Source of the DNA: the human T2T-CHM13v2.0 reference genome, Homo sapiens
Assembly (NCBI RefSeq): GCF_009914755.1
Contig: NC_060941.1
Length of the DNA stretch: 64,000 bases
Strand: one strand, 5' to 3'
Below the pieces are notes generated by a model that saw only the letters and a program-made list of their open reading frames with translations, did no database searches and was not told the origin of the DNA. Each line of letters begins with the position of its first letter. The stretch's first letter is position 1. The position numbers and the translations under genes were made by a program. This document shows positions 1 through 17,933 of the stretch, piece after piece.

Positions 1-162
1 CAGGAATGATGCTGATGATGAGACGGGCTTCCTTTTATCTGAAACAAACTTTCTATGAGTAACTCACAATTAAGAAACAGATTAAACCCTTAGTTTAAAA
101 GGTTCATAAGATTTCAGTAACAACTTCCCCTTTGACAATCCCAAATGGACTGTGGAAAACAA

Positions 163-226
163 TGTAAACAGCAACAAGGAAAAGTCCTGCTGATTGGTGG
201 AAACTTTGGAGGCCAGGTGTATAAAA
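163..226 (+). promoter_or_regulatory. KRTAP9 proximal promoter, copy 1
   Basis: TGTAAACA forkhead-type motif 163-170, AACAAGGAAA 173-182, inverted CCAAT (ATTGG) 193-197, CTTTGGA LEF/TCF-like 204-210, TATAAAA 220-226, 83 nt before the ATG; layout repeated in every unit. Confidence 0.8.
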
Positions 227-302
227 GGTCCAGATTGCAAGGGGTCATCAGATTTTGGGAAACTCACCTCTTAACAGAAGCCCACCCTCCATCCCTGACA
301 CC

Positions 303-782
303 ATGACCCACTGTTGCTCCCCTTGCTGTCAGCCTACCTGCTGCAGGACCACCTGCTGGCAGCCCACCACTGTGACCACCTGCAGCAGCACACCCTGCTG
401 CCAGCCCTCCTGCTGTGTTTCCAGCTGCTGCCAGCCTTGCTGCCACCCAACTTGCTGTCAAAACACCTGCTGTAGGACCACCTGCTGCCAGCCCATCTGT
501 GTGACCAGCTGCTGCCAGCCTTCCTGCTGTAGCACACCCTGCTGCCAGCCCACATGCTGTGGGTCCAGCTGTGGTCAGAGCAGCTCCTGTGCACCTGTGT
601 ACTGCAGAAGAACCTGCTACCACCCCACAAGTGTTTGTCTGCCTGGTTGCCTAAACCAGAGCTGTGGCTCCAACTGCTGCCAGCCCTGCTGCCGCCCAGC
701 CTGCTGTGAGACCACCTGCTGCAGGACCACTTGTTTCCAGCCCACCTGTGTGTACAGCTGCTGCCAGCCTTCTTGCTGCTAA
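303..782 (+). CDS. KRTAP9-3: Keratin-associated protein 9 family, 159 aa, single exon
   Basis: ATG at 303 in ACCATG context; [21 protein letters not shown] start, CCQPx/CCRTT pentapeptides; TATA upstream, AATAAA at 1229. Paralog call from recalled sequence (WQP, CCHP, PTSV) and gene order. Confidence 0.88.
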   Translation: MTHCCSPCCQPTCCRTTCWQPTTVTTCSSTPCCQPSCCVSSCCQPCCHPTCCQNTCCRTTCCQPICVTSCCQPSCCSTPCCQPTCCGSSCGQSSSCAPVYCRRTCYHPTSVCLPGCLNQSCGSNCCQPCCRPACCETTCCRTTCFQPTCVYSCCQPSCC

Positions 783-1228
783 TCAACTCCCAAGAGAACT
801 ACCATCCTCACACAACAACCTTCAGCTCAACTGACTTGTCTTTTGAGGGACTAATTTACTTTGCTGCTGACAGCCACCATGCTCTCACCCAAATTTTTAT
901 GAATTCTCTACATGTTTAAAATCTTGGGAATCTGCTTGAGGGAGGGCAGAATACTTCATCCTCATTCCCTCTTTCCTTACACCTTGTGGATCATGTGCCA
1001 GCTTCGTCTGTTCTTAATTTGGAGTCATGATCTCAGCTTTGTCTCAAAAATCAAGAGCTTCATTCTTTGCTTCTAAGGAATTTAGGTTTCTGCAACTGAT
1101 CAATCATCTTTGCAATTATATTTTCATTTTAAATATCCTTCTCATGGTTCTTGTATCCTTCTTTCTTCTTTTCACGATAACTTTGGGTTATGTCTCTGGT
1201 AGCAGAGATTCTTACCTATATGTTTCTG

Positions 1229-1234
1229 AATAAA
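1229..1234 (+). terminator. Polyadenylation signal of gene 1
   Basis: AATAAA about 450 nt after the stop, followed by a GT-rich tract; same position in paralogs (6729, 18380, 24102, 34166). Confidence 0.8.
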
Positions 1235-2489
1235 CTCTGAACCATCTTCATCTCATATAGTGTTTTGTTTTATTTGAAAGCATTCCTGATATGGGATTTA
1301 CACACATATCACATACCATAGGTATTATCCAATTTGATTCTCAAAACAGATGGTCGTGTATTATTAACTCCATTTTTTCAGCTGAGAACAATTTAATGTG
1401 TGATGTTATGTAGCTAGTAAAGGGCAGACTCTGGTCAAAGGTGAGGTCCTCTCTTTCTGCCCAAGGACACTTACGTTTAACTCCCAATATAGTAGAAAAG
1501 ACACTGGAAGTCAGCACTAGCAAGACATGTACTTGAGTTTATTTAACAATGAGAGGAATAATCTGACATATTTGCAGATAACACTTTTGTTCACACACAA
1601 AAAAATCCCAAAGTAGTTCCCCACACCTCAGTGAGCAAAGGCTGCATGATATGCATTTAATGGCTGCCCTGAATGCAGAGATCTTTTTGTCTGAGCCTCT
1701 GACCAGCCATTCATTCAATTCATCTGCATCAAAAAATGCTTGAGAATTTATTGTGGACTCAGGAGACGGAGCCTCATCTGAAGAAACTTATTCTCAGTGT
1801 GATGTAAATAAAATTCTTATACAGCATCGGTCTCCTGAATACCAATTGACAAAGTAAATGAAACTAAGTTATTCATTGTAAAATACAGACCATACGTTAT
1901 GCCACGTTAAGACAATTTGTCCCCTACTTGAAGTGTTATGAGTAAAATTATGTAAGAACAAAGCTGGGAATTGAGAAACTATGCAATGGGCATGTAAGAC
2001 TTGGCACAACCCATAATCTCTGAGCTAAGGAAGGGAATAAAAACAACCTTCCACATTTTGTGAGGCCAATATGAAGAATCTAAAGAAATGAAAAACTTCT
2101 TTTTCCACGGAAATCAGAAGAATGTAAGAAAGGAGCAAGGTAGAACTTGTGCATTCATAGAAGACATAATAGACAGAGGTTGGTGCTTCGGGTCCTGAAC
2201 TGATGTAAGATAACCATTCACTCATGAAAGGATTGATTGATGCTGGCTCTGAGAGAAATTGAAAAGTCGGGGACCTGGGGCACCTTCTTGGGGCCTCCTA
2301 CCAGCAGGGGAGTGGTAGAAATACCTCTGATGAGCTAAAAATGTAGATTTCCATGACAGATGCCAACTTCCGAGACTGTGAATCTAGAATGCTCTGAAGA
2401 CTTGGCTAAGAGACAACAGCCACTTACTGTCATCATCGTTCAGGGATGAAGTAAAGGAGATGAAAACTAGGACATTCTCTTTGACTAGC

Positions 2490-2753
2490 ATCAGTTATGA
2501 AAGATGAATAAGTTCAGTAGGTCTAATGTACAGTAATATGACTATAGTTAAAAACACTTTATCATATACCTGAAATTTACTGAGAAGGTAGATCTTAAAT
2601 GTTCACACCAGAAAAATAAAAAGGAAATGGTAACTAAGTGACCTAATAAATATGTTATTCACAATCAATATATATATCAGAGCATCACCTTCTATACCTG
2701 AAATGTACACAATTTTTGTTTGTCAATTATACCTCAATACAGCTAGAAAAAAA
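2490..2753 (+). mobile_element. Old L1MA-type LINE 3' end, present in all five spacers
   Basis: Resembles the L1MA8-10 3'UTR (gactatagtta...gtagatcttaaatgttc...tcaattatacctcaata) with a residual A tail; copies near 14120, 19650, 27480 and 34745. Confidence 0.7.
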
Positions 2754-2849
2754 CGTATTTAGTTGATCTATTTAATTATTACAAAAATATTCTTATCTTC
2801 AACATAAAACTTGGGAATTTTCTGAACAAAAAACACTAATTCTGTGTTG

Positions 2850-2970
2850 CCTGCTCTATGATGGGTACTGGATAAATGCTTTGTGTACATTATTATTAAC
2901 TATTTAACAAACTTTCAAAATAGGTATTAATGTTCCTCTTGTAGAGATGAGAAATTTGAGGCTGAGTTAA
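2850..2970 (-). mobile_element. MIR fragment, unit-shared
   Basis: tgtagagatgagaaatttgaggctgag resembles the MIR core; repeated in each unit. Confidence 0.6.
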
Positions 2971-3465
2971 CGTATAGGCATAGATGAGTTTCTCCCAGAA
3001 GAGACTCTGAAAAAAAATTCCAGTGAAACTAGTTTACTGGGAAGTGCAGATCATACTGGTAGGGACTGGGGAAGTGATACAGAAAAGGGTACACTATTAA
3101 GTCAGTTTCACAGTCACCAACTAAAGCTTAAACTAAAGTGAAAATTATCAGAAATGATGAAAAACACATAGCTGGTATTATCCTACTTCAGGAATGAGGA
3201 AGCTAGAGTCTTTATAAATCAGCTCTCCAGAATCATTGGTTGAGTGTTTTTCTCTGTGTTGCATTCACAGGTGGCATGACTTTCTACAGCTGCAATACAA
3301 GAGCCCTTAGGCACAGAGATGCAGATTTTGACAGATAGAAATTGATCCAAGCACACTAACATGCAAGATATACGGGTGCAGTCATGAAAACTTGTCTACG
3401 ATCTACAACTAGCTCCACTCAAGTCAAATATTTGCTACTTAAATAGAATGGACAGCCACAAGCTC

Positions 3466-3838
3466 TAGGAGAAAGAAGAAGAGGAAGAGAGGAAGCAGAG
3501 GAAGAGAAGGGACAGAAGATGAGAGGAGAAGGAAAGAGAAAAGAAGGAAAGAAAAACAGAAAGACAGAGAGAAGGAAGGAAGGAAGGACGGACAGGAGGG
3601 AGGGAAAAGAGGGAGCAGGGAGGAACCGAGGGAGGGAAAGGAAGGAAGGAAGGAAGGAAGGAAAGAGATCGAAAGAAAGAAAGAAAGAAAGAAAAAAGAA
3701 AGAAAGAAGAAAGAAAGAAAGAATAGAGAGAGAGAGAGAAGGGAAGGGAAGGGAGGGAGGCAGGAAGGGAGAAAAAGGAAGGAAGGAAGGAAAAGAAAGA
3801 AAGAAAGAAGAAGGAAAGGAAAAGAAAGGAGAGGAAGT
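3466..3838. repeat. Polypurine (GGAA/GAAA/GA)n tract
   Basis: Nearly pure A/G on the + strand for about 370 nt. Confidence 0.95.
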
Positions 3839-3879
3839 GAGATATAAAATGAAGGCCAATTAAATAATCTACACTTACT

Positions 3880-4635
3880 TCTGCTATAATACAGTGCACC
3901 TAAGTTTCATAAACTCCGTTAATTACCAAGAGTTCTATTCTCCCTTCACCCCTGGCCAGCACTCTTTTTGGTCTAGATAACTGCTGATAGAGTAGCTCAG
4001 AGCATCCTTCCTGAAGGGTCTGAACCCCTGGTTACTATACCATTGTCCACCGTGATTGCTGTTTTTATTCATTTGTGGTTATCACTGGGCATGGACACAC
4101 TATGAGATTCTGCAGTGTTATGGGTTCATTTGCGTCCCTCAAAATCCATATACAAATAGAACCATCTAAAATGTTATCTGATAAGACAAGGTCATATTGG
4201 AAACAATTAGGCCTCTGATTAAATATGACTGTGTCTATTCACAAGGGAGAAATTCAGAGACAGTATGGATATAATAGAAAAATTATGTCAAACACACTTG
4301 GAGATGATAGACTTCGACACGTCAGGGAGAGAGACCTGGAACAGATACTTCCCTCGCAGTCTTCAGATGAAAACAACATTGCCAACACCTTAATTTCAGA
4401 AAAGAGGCCTTCAGAACTTTGATAAATAAATTTAAGCCACTTTTTTTCAGTAATTCATCAGGGCAGTGCTAGTAAATTAATATACTCAGTAAATCTCCTG
4501 AGCTATAGATATATTCTGCTACACTATATGGCTTGAGGGTAATTATCCCTCACCAAATAGTAACTACTTTCTCTGTCTGCTGCTTTGCTTATATGAAGAG
4601 TCCAAAATGACTAGGCGATAAAGATTACTTTTGTT
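3880..4635 (-). mobile_element. ERVL internal-region remnant interrupted by an MLT1 LTR
   Basis: cttcctgaagggtctgaacccctgg...atcactgggcatgg and taactactttctc...gagtccaaaatgactagg resemble recalled ERVL pol/dUTPase-region sequence and are collinear across the MLT1. An LTR16-like stretch lies near 2975-3400. Confidence 0.5.
4116..4484 (+). mobile_element. MLT1B/C-like MaLR solo LTR, unit-shared
   Basis: Starts tgttatgggtt, contains ccaacaccttaatttcaga...cttcagaact, ends ctagtaaattaatata; copies at 15775-16143, 21143-21514, about 31409-31770, partial in unit 5. Confidence 0.7.
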
Positions 4636-5719
4636 TATGCCAAAGAAATAGAGAAGCAAATACTATACTTTTTATTCACATGAAAATTTTAAAAAGCCAA
4701 AAGTTACCTACAGGATTACAACTGATAGAGTGATTAGCTGTCTTTGGGAAAGAGTAAGAGCATATAATTGGGAGAGAATGGAATTAATTTCTATTTCCTA
4801 ACATAGATGTAATGGGACATAGATGTATTTACAATATAATACTATATCAAGTTGAAAATTAATAGTTTGCATTTTCTCAAATGAATGGTATACCTAGAAA
4901 ATGTTTTAAACATGTTAGAACTCCATGATGAATCAGGCATCATCTCAACTCATCTAATTCCTTCATTAAAAAGAAATAGAGAGAGAACACATGATGCTTA
5001 CTGTGCTGGTAACTGGGTTGCAGCTAGAGCCAGAGCACATGCTGGTTGGCCTGAATCTCAAGCAGTTATGTCATAGAGAGTCCTACATTCTCGTCCTGGA
5101 ATCGCCACACTCACAGACAAGTCAGAATGAATGGTCACTCAGGGCATAGATTGCTTGATGTTGTCTAAATCCCAGTGAATTTCTCTGCATCCCCCTGCTC
5201 TCGATCTGCTCTGCCACATGGAACACACTGTGACAGACACCCTCTTCCCAAGTGACGTTCAAATAACTGAAAGGCACAGGTGGTGAGGGTGGTACAGAGA
5301 GATGCCTGTTAGTCTTGAGTCAGAATTTGGTGGGTGACTAGCCTTGGGCCCAGGCATGGATTCATTTTGTCACTGTAAATATATCAGCATCATGCTTCTC
5401 CCCACAGACACTTCCCAGTCTATATACAGCCAAACATGAGGCTGGCCAGAGAGCTTCCTGAGCCTCCCAGATCAACAGGAACTATCACATGACTAGATGA
5501 TGGTCAGAATAGGAATGATGCTGATGATGAGACGGGCTTCCTTTTATCTGAAACAAAGTGTCTATGAGTAATTCACAATTAAGAAACAGATTAAACCTTA
5601 ATCTGTTTAACCTTAAGGAAACAACTACCCTTTGAGAATCACAAACGGACTGTGGAAAACAAGATAAACAGCAACAAGGAAAAGTCCTGCTGATTGGTGG
5701 AAACTTTGGAGGCCAGGTG

Positions 5720-5726
5720 TATAAAA
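5720..5726 (+). promoter_or_regulatory. TATA box, copy 2
   Basis: TATAAAA 83 nt before ATG 5803. Confidence 0.8.
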
Positions 5727-5802
5727 GGTCCAGAATGCAAGGGGTCATCAGATTCTGGGAAACTCACCTCTGAACAGAACTCCACCCTCTACCCCTGACA
5801 CC

Positions 5803-6282
5803 ATGACCCACTGTTGTTCCCCTTGCTGTCAGCCTACGTGCTGCAGGACCACCTGCTGGAAGCCCACCACTGTGACCACCTGCAGCAGCACACCCTGCTG
5901 CCAGCCCTCCTGCTGTGTGTCCAGCTGCTGCCAGCCTTGCTGCCGCCCAACTTGCTGTCAAAACACCTGCTGCCAGCCCATCTGTGTGACCAGCTGCTGC
6001 CAGCCTTCCTGCTGCAGCACACCCTGCTGTCAGCCCACCTGCTGTGGCCAAACCAGCTGTGGGTCCAGCTGTGGTCAGAGCAGCTCCTGTGCACCTGTGT
6101 ACTGCAGAAGAACCTGCTACCACCCCACGACTGTCTGCCTGCCTGGTTGCCTAAACCAGAGCTGTGGCTCCAGCTGCTGCCAGCCCTGCTGCCGCCCAGC
6201 CTGCTGTGAGACCACCTGCTGCAGGACAACTTGCTTCCAGCCCACCTGTGTGTACAGCTGCTGCCAGCCTTCTTGCTGCTGA
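5803..6282 (+). CDS. KRTAP9-8: Keratin-associated protein 9 family, 159 aa
   Basis: Intact Cys-rich ORF with TATA and AATAAA (6729); paralog call from recalled sequence and position. Confidence 0.85.
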   Translation: MTHCCSPCCQPTCCRTTCWKPTTVTTCSSTPCCQPSCCVSSCCQPCCRPTCCQNTCCQPICVTSCCQPSCCSTPCCQPTCCGQTSCGSSCGQSSSCAPVYCRRTCYHPTTVCLPGCLNQSCGSSCCQPCCRPACCETTCCRTTCFQPTCVYSCCQPSCC

Positions 6283-7682
6283 TCAAGTCCCAAGAGAACC
6301 ACCATACTCACACAACAAATTTCTGCTCAACTGACTCATCTTTTGGGGGACTAATTTAATTTGCTGCTGACAGCCACCATGCTTTCACCCAAATTTTTAT
6401 GAATTCTCTGCATGTTTAAAATCTTGTGAATCAGCCTGAGGGAGGGCAGAATACTTCATCTTGATTCTCTTTTTCCTTACACCTTGTGGATCATGTGCCA
6501 GCTTCGTCTGTTCTCAATTTGGAATCATGATCTCAACTTTGACTCAAAAGTCAAGAGGTTCATTCTCTGCTTCTAAGGAATATAGGTTTCTGCAACCGAC
6601 CAATAATTTTTGCAATCACATTTTTGTTTTCAATATCCTCCTCATGGTTCTTGTATTCTTCTTTATTCTTTTCATGATAACTTTGAGTTATGTCCTTGGT
6701 AACAGAGATTCTTACCTATATATTTCTGAATAAACTCTTAACCATCCTCATCTCATATGGTGTTTTGTTTTATTTGAAAACATTCCTGATATGGGATTTA
6801 CACACATATCACATACCATAGGTATTATCCAATTTTATTCTCAAAACAGATGGTCATGTATTATTACCTTCATTTTTTTAGCTGAGTACAATTTAATGCG
6901 TGATGTTATGTAGCTAATAAAACACAGACTCTGGTCCAAGCTGGGGTCCTCTCATTCTGCCCAAGGACACTTACATTTAACTCTCAATGTAGTGAAATGA
7001 CATTGGAAGTCAGCACTAGCAAGACATGCACTTGAGTTTATTTAACAATGAGAGGAATGATCTCTTATATTTGCAGATAACATTTTTGTTCACAAAAAAG
7101 TTTTCCCAAATAAGTTTCCCACACCTCAGTGAGCAACAGCTGCATGATATGGCAGCAGGGACTGCATTTAATGGCTGCCCTGAAAGCAGGGATCTCTTTT
7201 TGTCTCATCCTCTGACCAGTCATTCATTCAATTCATCTGCATCAAAAAATGCTTGAGAATTCATTGTGGACTCATGAGAGAGTCTCATCTGAAGGAACTT
7301 ATTCTCGATATCATGTAAATAAAATTGTTATATGGCCTCCATCTCCTGAACACCTATTGACGAAGTAAATGAAACTAAGTTATTCCTTGTAAAACACAGA
7401 CTGTACCTTATGCCACATTAAGAAAATTTGTCCCATAATTGAGACGTTATGAGGAAAATTAAGTAAGAACAAAGCTGGGAATTGAGAAAGTGTGCAATGG
7501 GCATGTAAGACTTGGCACAATCCATTATCTCTATGAGAAGGAAGGGAATGAAACAACCTTCTGCAGTTTTTGAGGATAATATGAACCATCTAAAGAAACG
7601 AAAAACTTGTGTTTTCAGGGAAATCAACATAATGTAAGAAAGGAGCAAAGTAGAACTTCTGCATTCATAGAAGTCATGATAG

Positions 7683-13787
<6,105 letters not shown>

Positions 13788-15097
13788 AGAAGTCATGATA
13801 GACAGAGGTTTTTGCTTCGGGTCCTGAACTGATTCAAGCTAAGCATTCACCCACGGAAGGTTGATTGATACTGGATCTGTGAGAAATACAAAGATTGGGG
13901 ACCTAGGTCACCTTCTTGGGGCCTCCTACAAGCAGGGGAGTGGTAGAAATACCTCTGATGAGCTAACAATGTAGATTTCCATGACAGATGCCACTTCTGA
14001 GACTGTGAATCTAGAATGCTCTGAAGACTTGGCTAAGAGACAACAGCCACTTACTGTCATCATCGTTCAGGGATGAAGTAAAGGAGATGAAAACTAGGAC
14101 ATTCTCTTTGACTAGCATCAGTTATGAAAGATGAATAAGTTCAGTAGGTCTAATGTACAGTAATATGACTATAGTTAAAAACACTTTATCATATACCTGA
14201 AATTTACTGAGAAGGTAGATCTTAAATGTTCACACCAGAAAAATAAAAAGGAAATGGTAACTAAGTGACCTAATAAATATGTTATTCACAATCAATATAT
14301 ATATCAGAGCATCACCTTCTATACCTGAAATGTACACAATTTTTGTTTGTCAATAATACCTCAATACAGCTAGAAAAAAACTATTTAGTTGATCTATTTA
14401 ATTATTACAAAAATATTCTTATCTTCAACATAAAACTTGGGAATTTTCTGAACAAAAAACACTAATTCTGTGTTGCCTGCTCTATGATGGGTACTGGATA
14501 AATGCTTTGTGTACATTATTATTAACTATTTAACAAACTTTCAAAATACGTATTAATGTTCCCCTTGTAGAGATGAGAAATTTGAGGCTGAGAGAGTTAA
14601 CGTATTGTCATAGATTAGTTTCTCCCAGAAGAGACTTTGAAGAAAATATTCCAGGGAAACTAGTTTACTGAGAAGTGCAGATCACACCGGTAGGGACTGG
14701 GGAAGTGATACAGAAGAAGGCACACTATTAAGTCAGTATCACAGTCACCAACTAAAGCTTAAACTAAAGGGAAAACTATCAGAAATGATGAAAAACACAC
14801 AGCTAGAATTACCCTACTTCAGGAATGAGGAAGCTAAAGTCTTTATAAATCAGCTCTCCAGAATCATTGGTTGAGTGTTTTTCTCTGTGTTGCATTCACA
14901 GGTGGCATGACTTTCTACAGCTGCAATACAAGAGCCCTTAGGCACAGAGATGCAGATTTTGACAGATGGAAATTGATCCAAGCACAGTAACATCCAAGAT
15001 ATATGGGTGCAGTCATGAAAACTTGTCTACAATCTACAATTAGCTCCACTCAAGTCAAATATTTGCTACTTAAATAGGATGGGCAGCCACAAGCTCT

Positions 15098-15497
15098 AGG
15101 AGAAGGAAGAAGAGGAAGAGAGGAAGCAGAGGAAGAGAAGGGACAGAAGATGAGAGGAGAAGGAAAGAGAAAAGAAGGAAAGAAAAACAGAAAGACAGAG
15201 AGAAGGAAGGAAGGAAAGAAGGAAGGAAGGAAGGAAGGACAGGAAGGAGGGAGGGAGGGAAAGGAGGGAGCGGGGAGGAACTGAGGGAGGGGAAGGAAGG
15301 AAGGAAGGAAAAAAGAAAGAAAGAAAGATAAAAAGAAAGAAAGAAAGAGAAAGAAAGAAAGAGAGAGAAAGGGAGAGAGAAGGGAAGGGAAGGGAGGGAG
15401 GAAGGGAGGAAAAAAGGAAGGAAGGAAGGAAAAGAAAGAAAGAAAAGAAAGAAAGAAAGAAGAAAGAGGAAGGAAAGGAAAAGAAAGGAGAGGAAGT
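15098..15497. repeat. Polypurine tract, unit 2
   Basis: A/G-rich tract homologous to 3466-3838. Confidence 0.95.
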
Positions 15498-17385
15498 GAG
15501 ATATAAAATGAAGGCCAATTAAATAATCTACACTTACTTCTGCTATAATACAGTGCACCTAAGTTTCATCAACTCCGTTAATTACCAAGAGTTCTATTCT
15601 CCCTTCACCCCTGGCCAGCACTCTTGTTGGTCTAGATAACTGCTGATAGAGTAGCTCAGAGCATCCTTCCTGAAGGGTCTGAGCCCCTGGTTACTATACC
15701 ATTGTCCACCGTGATTGTTGTTTTTACTCATTTGTGGTTATCACTAGGCATGGACACACTATGAGATTCTGCAGTGTTATGGGTTCATTTGCGTCCCTCA
15801 AAATTCATATTCAAATAGAATCATCTAAAGTGTTATCTGATAAGACAAGGTCATATTGGAAACAATTAGGCCTCTGATTAAATATGACTGTGTCTATTCA
15901 CAAGGGAGAAATTCAGAGACAGTATGGATATAATAGAAAAATTATGTCAAACACACTTGGAGATGATAGACTTTGACACGTCAGGGAGAGAGACGTGGAA
16001 CAGATACTTCCCTCGCAGTCTTCAGATGAAAACAACATTGCCAACACCTTAATTTCAGAAAAGAGGCCTTCAGAACTTTGATAAATAAATTTAAGCCACT
16101 TTTTTTCAGTAATTCATCAGGGCAGTGCTAGTAAATTAATATACTCAGTAAATCTCCTGAGCTATAGATATATTCTGCTACACTATATGGCTTGAGGGTA
16201 ATTATCCCTCACCAAATAGTAACTACTTTCTCTGTCTGCTGCTTTGCTTATATGAAGAGTCCAAAATGACTAGGCGATAAAGATTACTTTTGTTTATGCC
16301 AAAGAAATAGAGAAGCAAATACTATACTTTTTATTCACATGAAAACTTTAAAAAACCAAAAGTTACCTACAGGATTACAACTGATAGAGTGATTAGCTGT
16401 CTTTGGGAATGAGTAAGAGCATATAATTGGGAGAGAATGGAATTAATTTCTATTTCCTAACATAGATGTAATGGGGACACAGATGTATTTACAATATAAT
16501 ACTATATCAAGTTGAAAATTAATAATTTGCATTCTTCTCAAATGAATGGTATACCTAGAAAATGTTTTAAACATGTTAGAACTCCATGATGAATCAGGCA
16601 TCATCTCAACTCATCTAATTCCTTCATTAAAAAGAAATAGAGAGAGAGAGAGAAGACATGCTGCTTACTGTGCTAGTAACCGGGTTGCGACTAGAGCCAC
16701 AGCACATGCTGGTTGGCCTGAATCTCAAGCATTTATGCCATAGAGAGTCCTACATTCTCATTCTGGAATCGCCACGCTCACAGACAAGTCAGAATGAATG
16801 GTCACTCAGGGCATAGATTACTTGATGCTGTCTAAATCCCAGTGGATTTATCTGCATCCACCTGCTCTCGATCTGCTCTGCCACATGGAACACACTGTGA
16901 CAAACACCCTCTTCCCAAGTGATGTTCAAAGAACTGAAAGACAGGTGGTGTGGGTTGCACAGAGAGATGCCTGTTAGTCTTGAGTCAGAATTTGGTGGGT
17001 GACTAGTCTTGGGCCCAGGCATGGATTCATTTTGTCACTGTAAATATATCAGCATCATGCTTCTCCCCACAGACACTTCCCAGTCTACATACAGCCAAAC
17101 ATGAGGCTGGCCAGAGAGAACTTCCTGAGCCTCCCAGATCAACAGGAACTATCACATGACCAGATGATGGTCAGAACAGGAATGATGCTGATGATGAGAT
17201 TGCCTTCCTTTTATCTGAAACAAAGTGTCTATGAGTAATTCACAATTAAGAAACAGATTAAACCTTAATCTGTTTAACCTTAAGGAAACAACTACCCTTT
17301 GAGAATCACAAACGGACTGGGAAAACAATGTAAACGGAAACAAGGAAAAGTCCTGCTGATTGGTGGAAACTTTGGAGGCCAGGTG

Positions 17386-17392
17386 TATAAAA
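17386..17392 (+). promoter_or_regulatory. TATA box, copy 3
   Basis: TATAAAA 83 nt before ATG 17469. Confidence 0.8.
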
Positions 17393-17468
17393 GGTCCAGA
17401 TTGCAAGGGGTCATCAGATTCTGGGAAACTCACCTCTGAACAGAAGCCCACCCTCCACCCCTGACACC

Positions 17469-17933
17469 ATGACCCACTGTTGCTCCCCTTGCTGTCAGCC
17501 TACATGCTGCAGGACCACCTGCTGCAGGACCACCTGCTGGAAGCCCACCACTGTGACCACCTGCAGCAGCACACCCTGCTGCCAGCCCTCCTGCTGTGTG
17601 TCCAGCTGCTGCCAGCCTTGCTGCCGCCCAACTTGCTGTCAAAACACCTGCTGCCAGCCCACCTGTGTGACCAGCTGCTGCCAGCCTTCCTGCTGCAGCA
17701 CACCCTGCTGCCAGCCCACCTGCTGTGGGTCCAGCTGTGACCAGAGCAGCTCCTGTGCACCTGTGTACTGCAGAAGAACCTGCTACTACCCCACAACTGT
17801 CTGCCTGCCTGGTTGCCTAAACCAGAGCTGTGGCTCCAACTGCTGCCAGCCCTGCTGCCGCCCAGCCTGCTGTGAGACCACTTGCTTCCAGCCCACCTGT
17901 GTGTACAGCTGCTGTCAGCCTTTTTGCTGCTGA
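17469..17933 (+). CDS. KRTAP9-4: Keratin-associated protein 9 family, 154 aa
   Basis: Intact ORF ending CCQPFCC; 154-aa length, SCDQS and position match recalled KRTAP9-4; AATAAA at 18380. Confidence 0.88.
   Translation: MTHCCSPCCQPTCCRTTCCRTTCWKPTTVTTCSSTPCCQPSCCVSSCCQPCCRPTCCQNTCCQPTCVTSCCQPSCCSTPCCQPTCCGSSCDQSSSCAPVYCRRTCYYPTTVCLPGCLNQSCGSNCCQPCCRPACCETTCFQPTCVYSCCQPFCC

Noticed and set aside
255-302. 16-aa N-terminal extension of gene 1 in the ORF track
   Set aside because: Starts at TTG near the expected transcription start; the conserved ATG is at 303.
264-786. Long antisense and shifted-frame ORFs over each KRTAP gene
   Set aside because: Expected from TGC/CAG/ACC codon repeats that lack stops in other frames; no separate promoter, and starts and lengths vary among paralogs.
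3419-3899. F/S/L/P-rich and K/E/R/G-rich ORFs (also near 15070, 20535, 30824)
   Set aside because: Translations of polypurine tracts.
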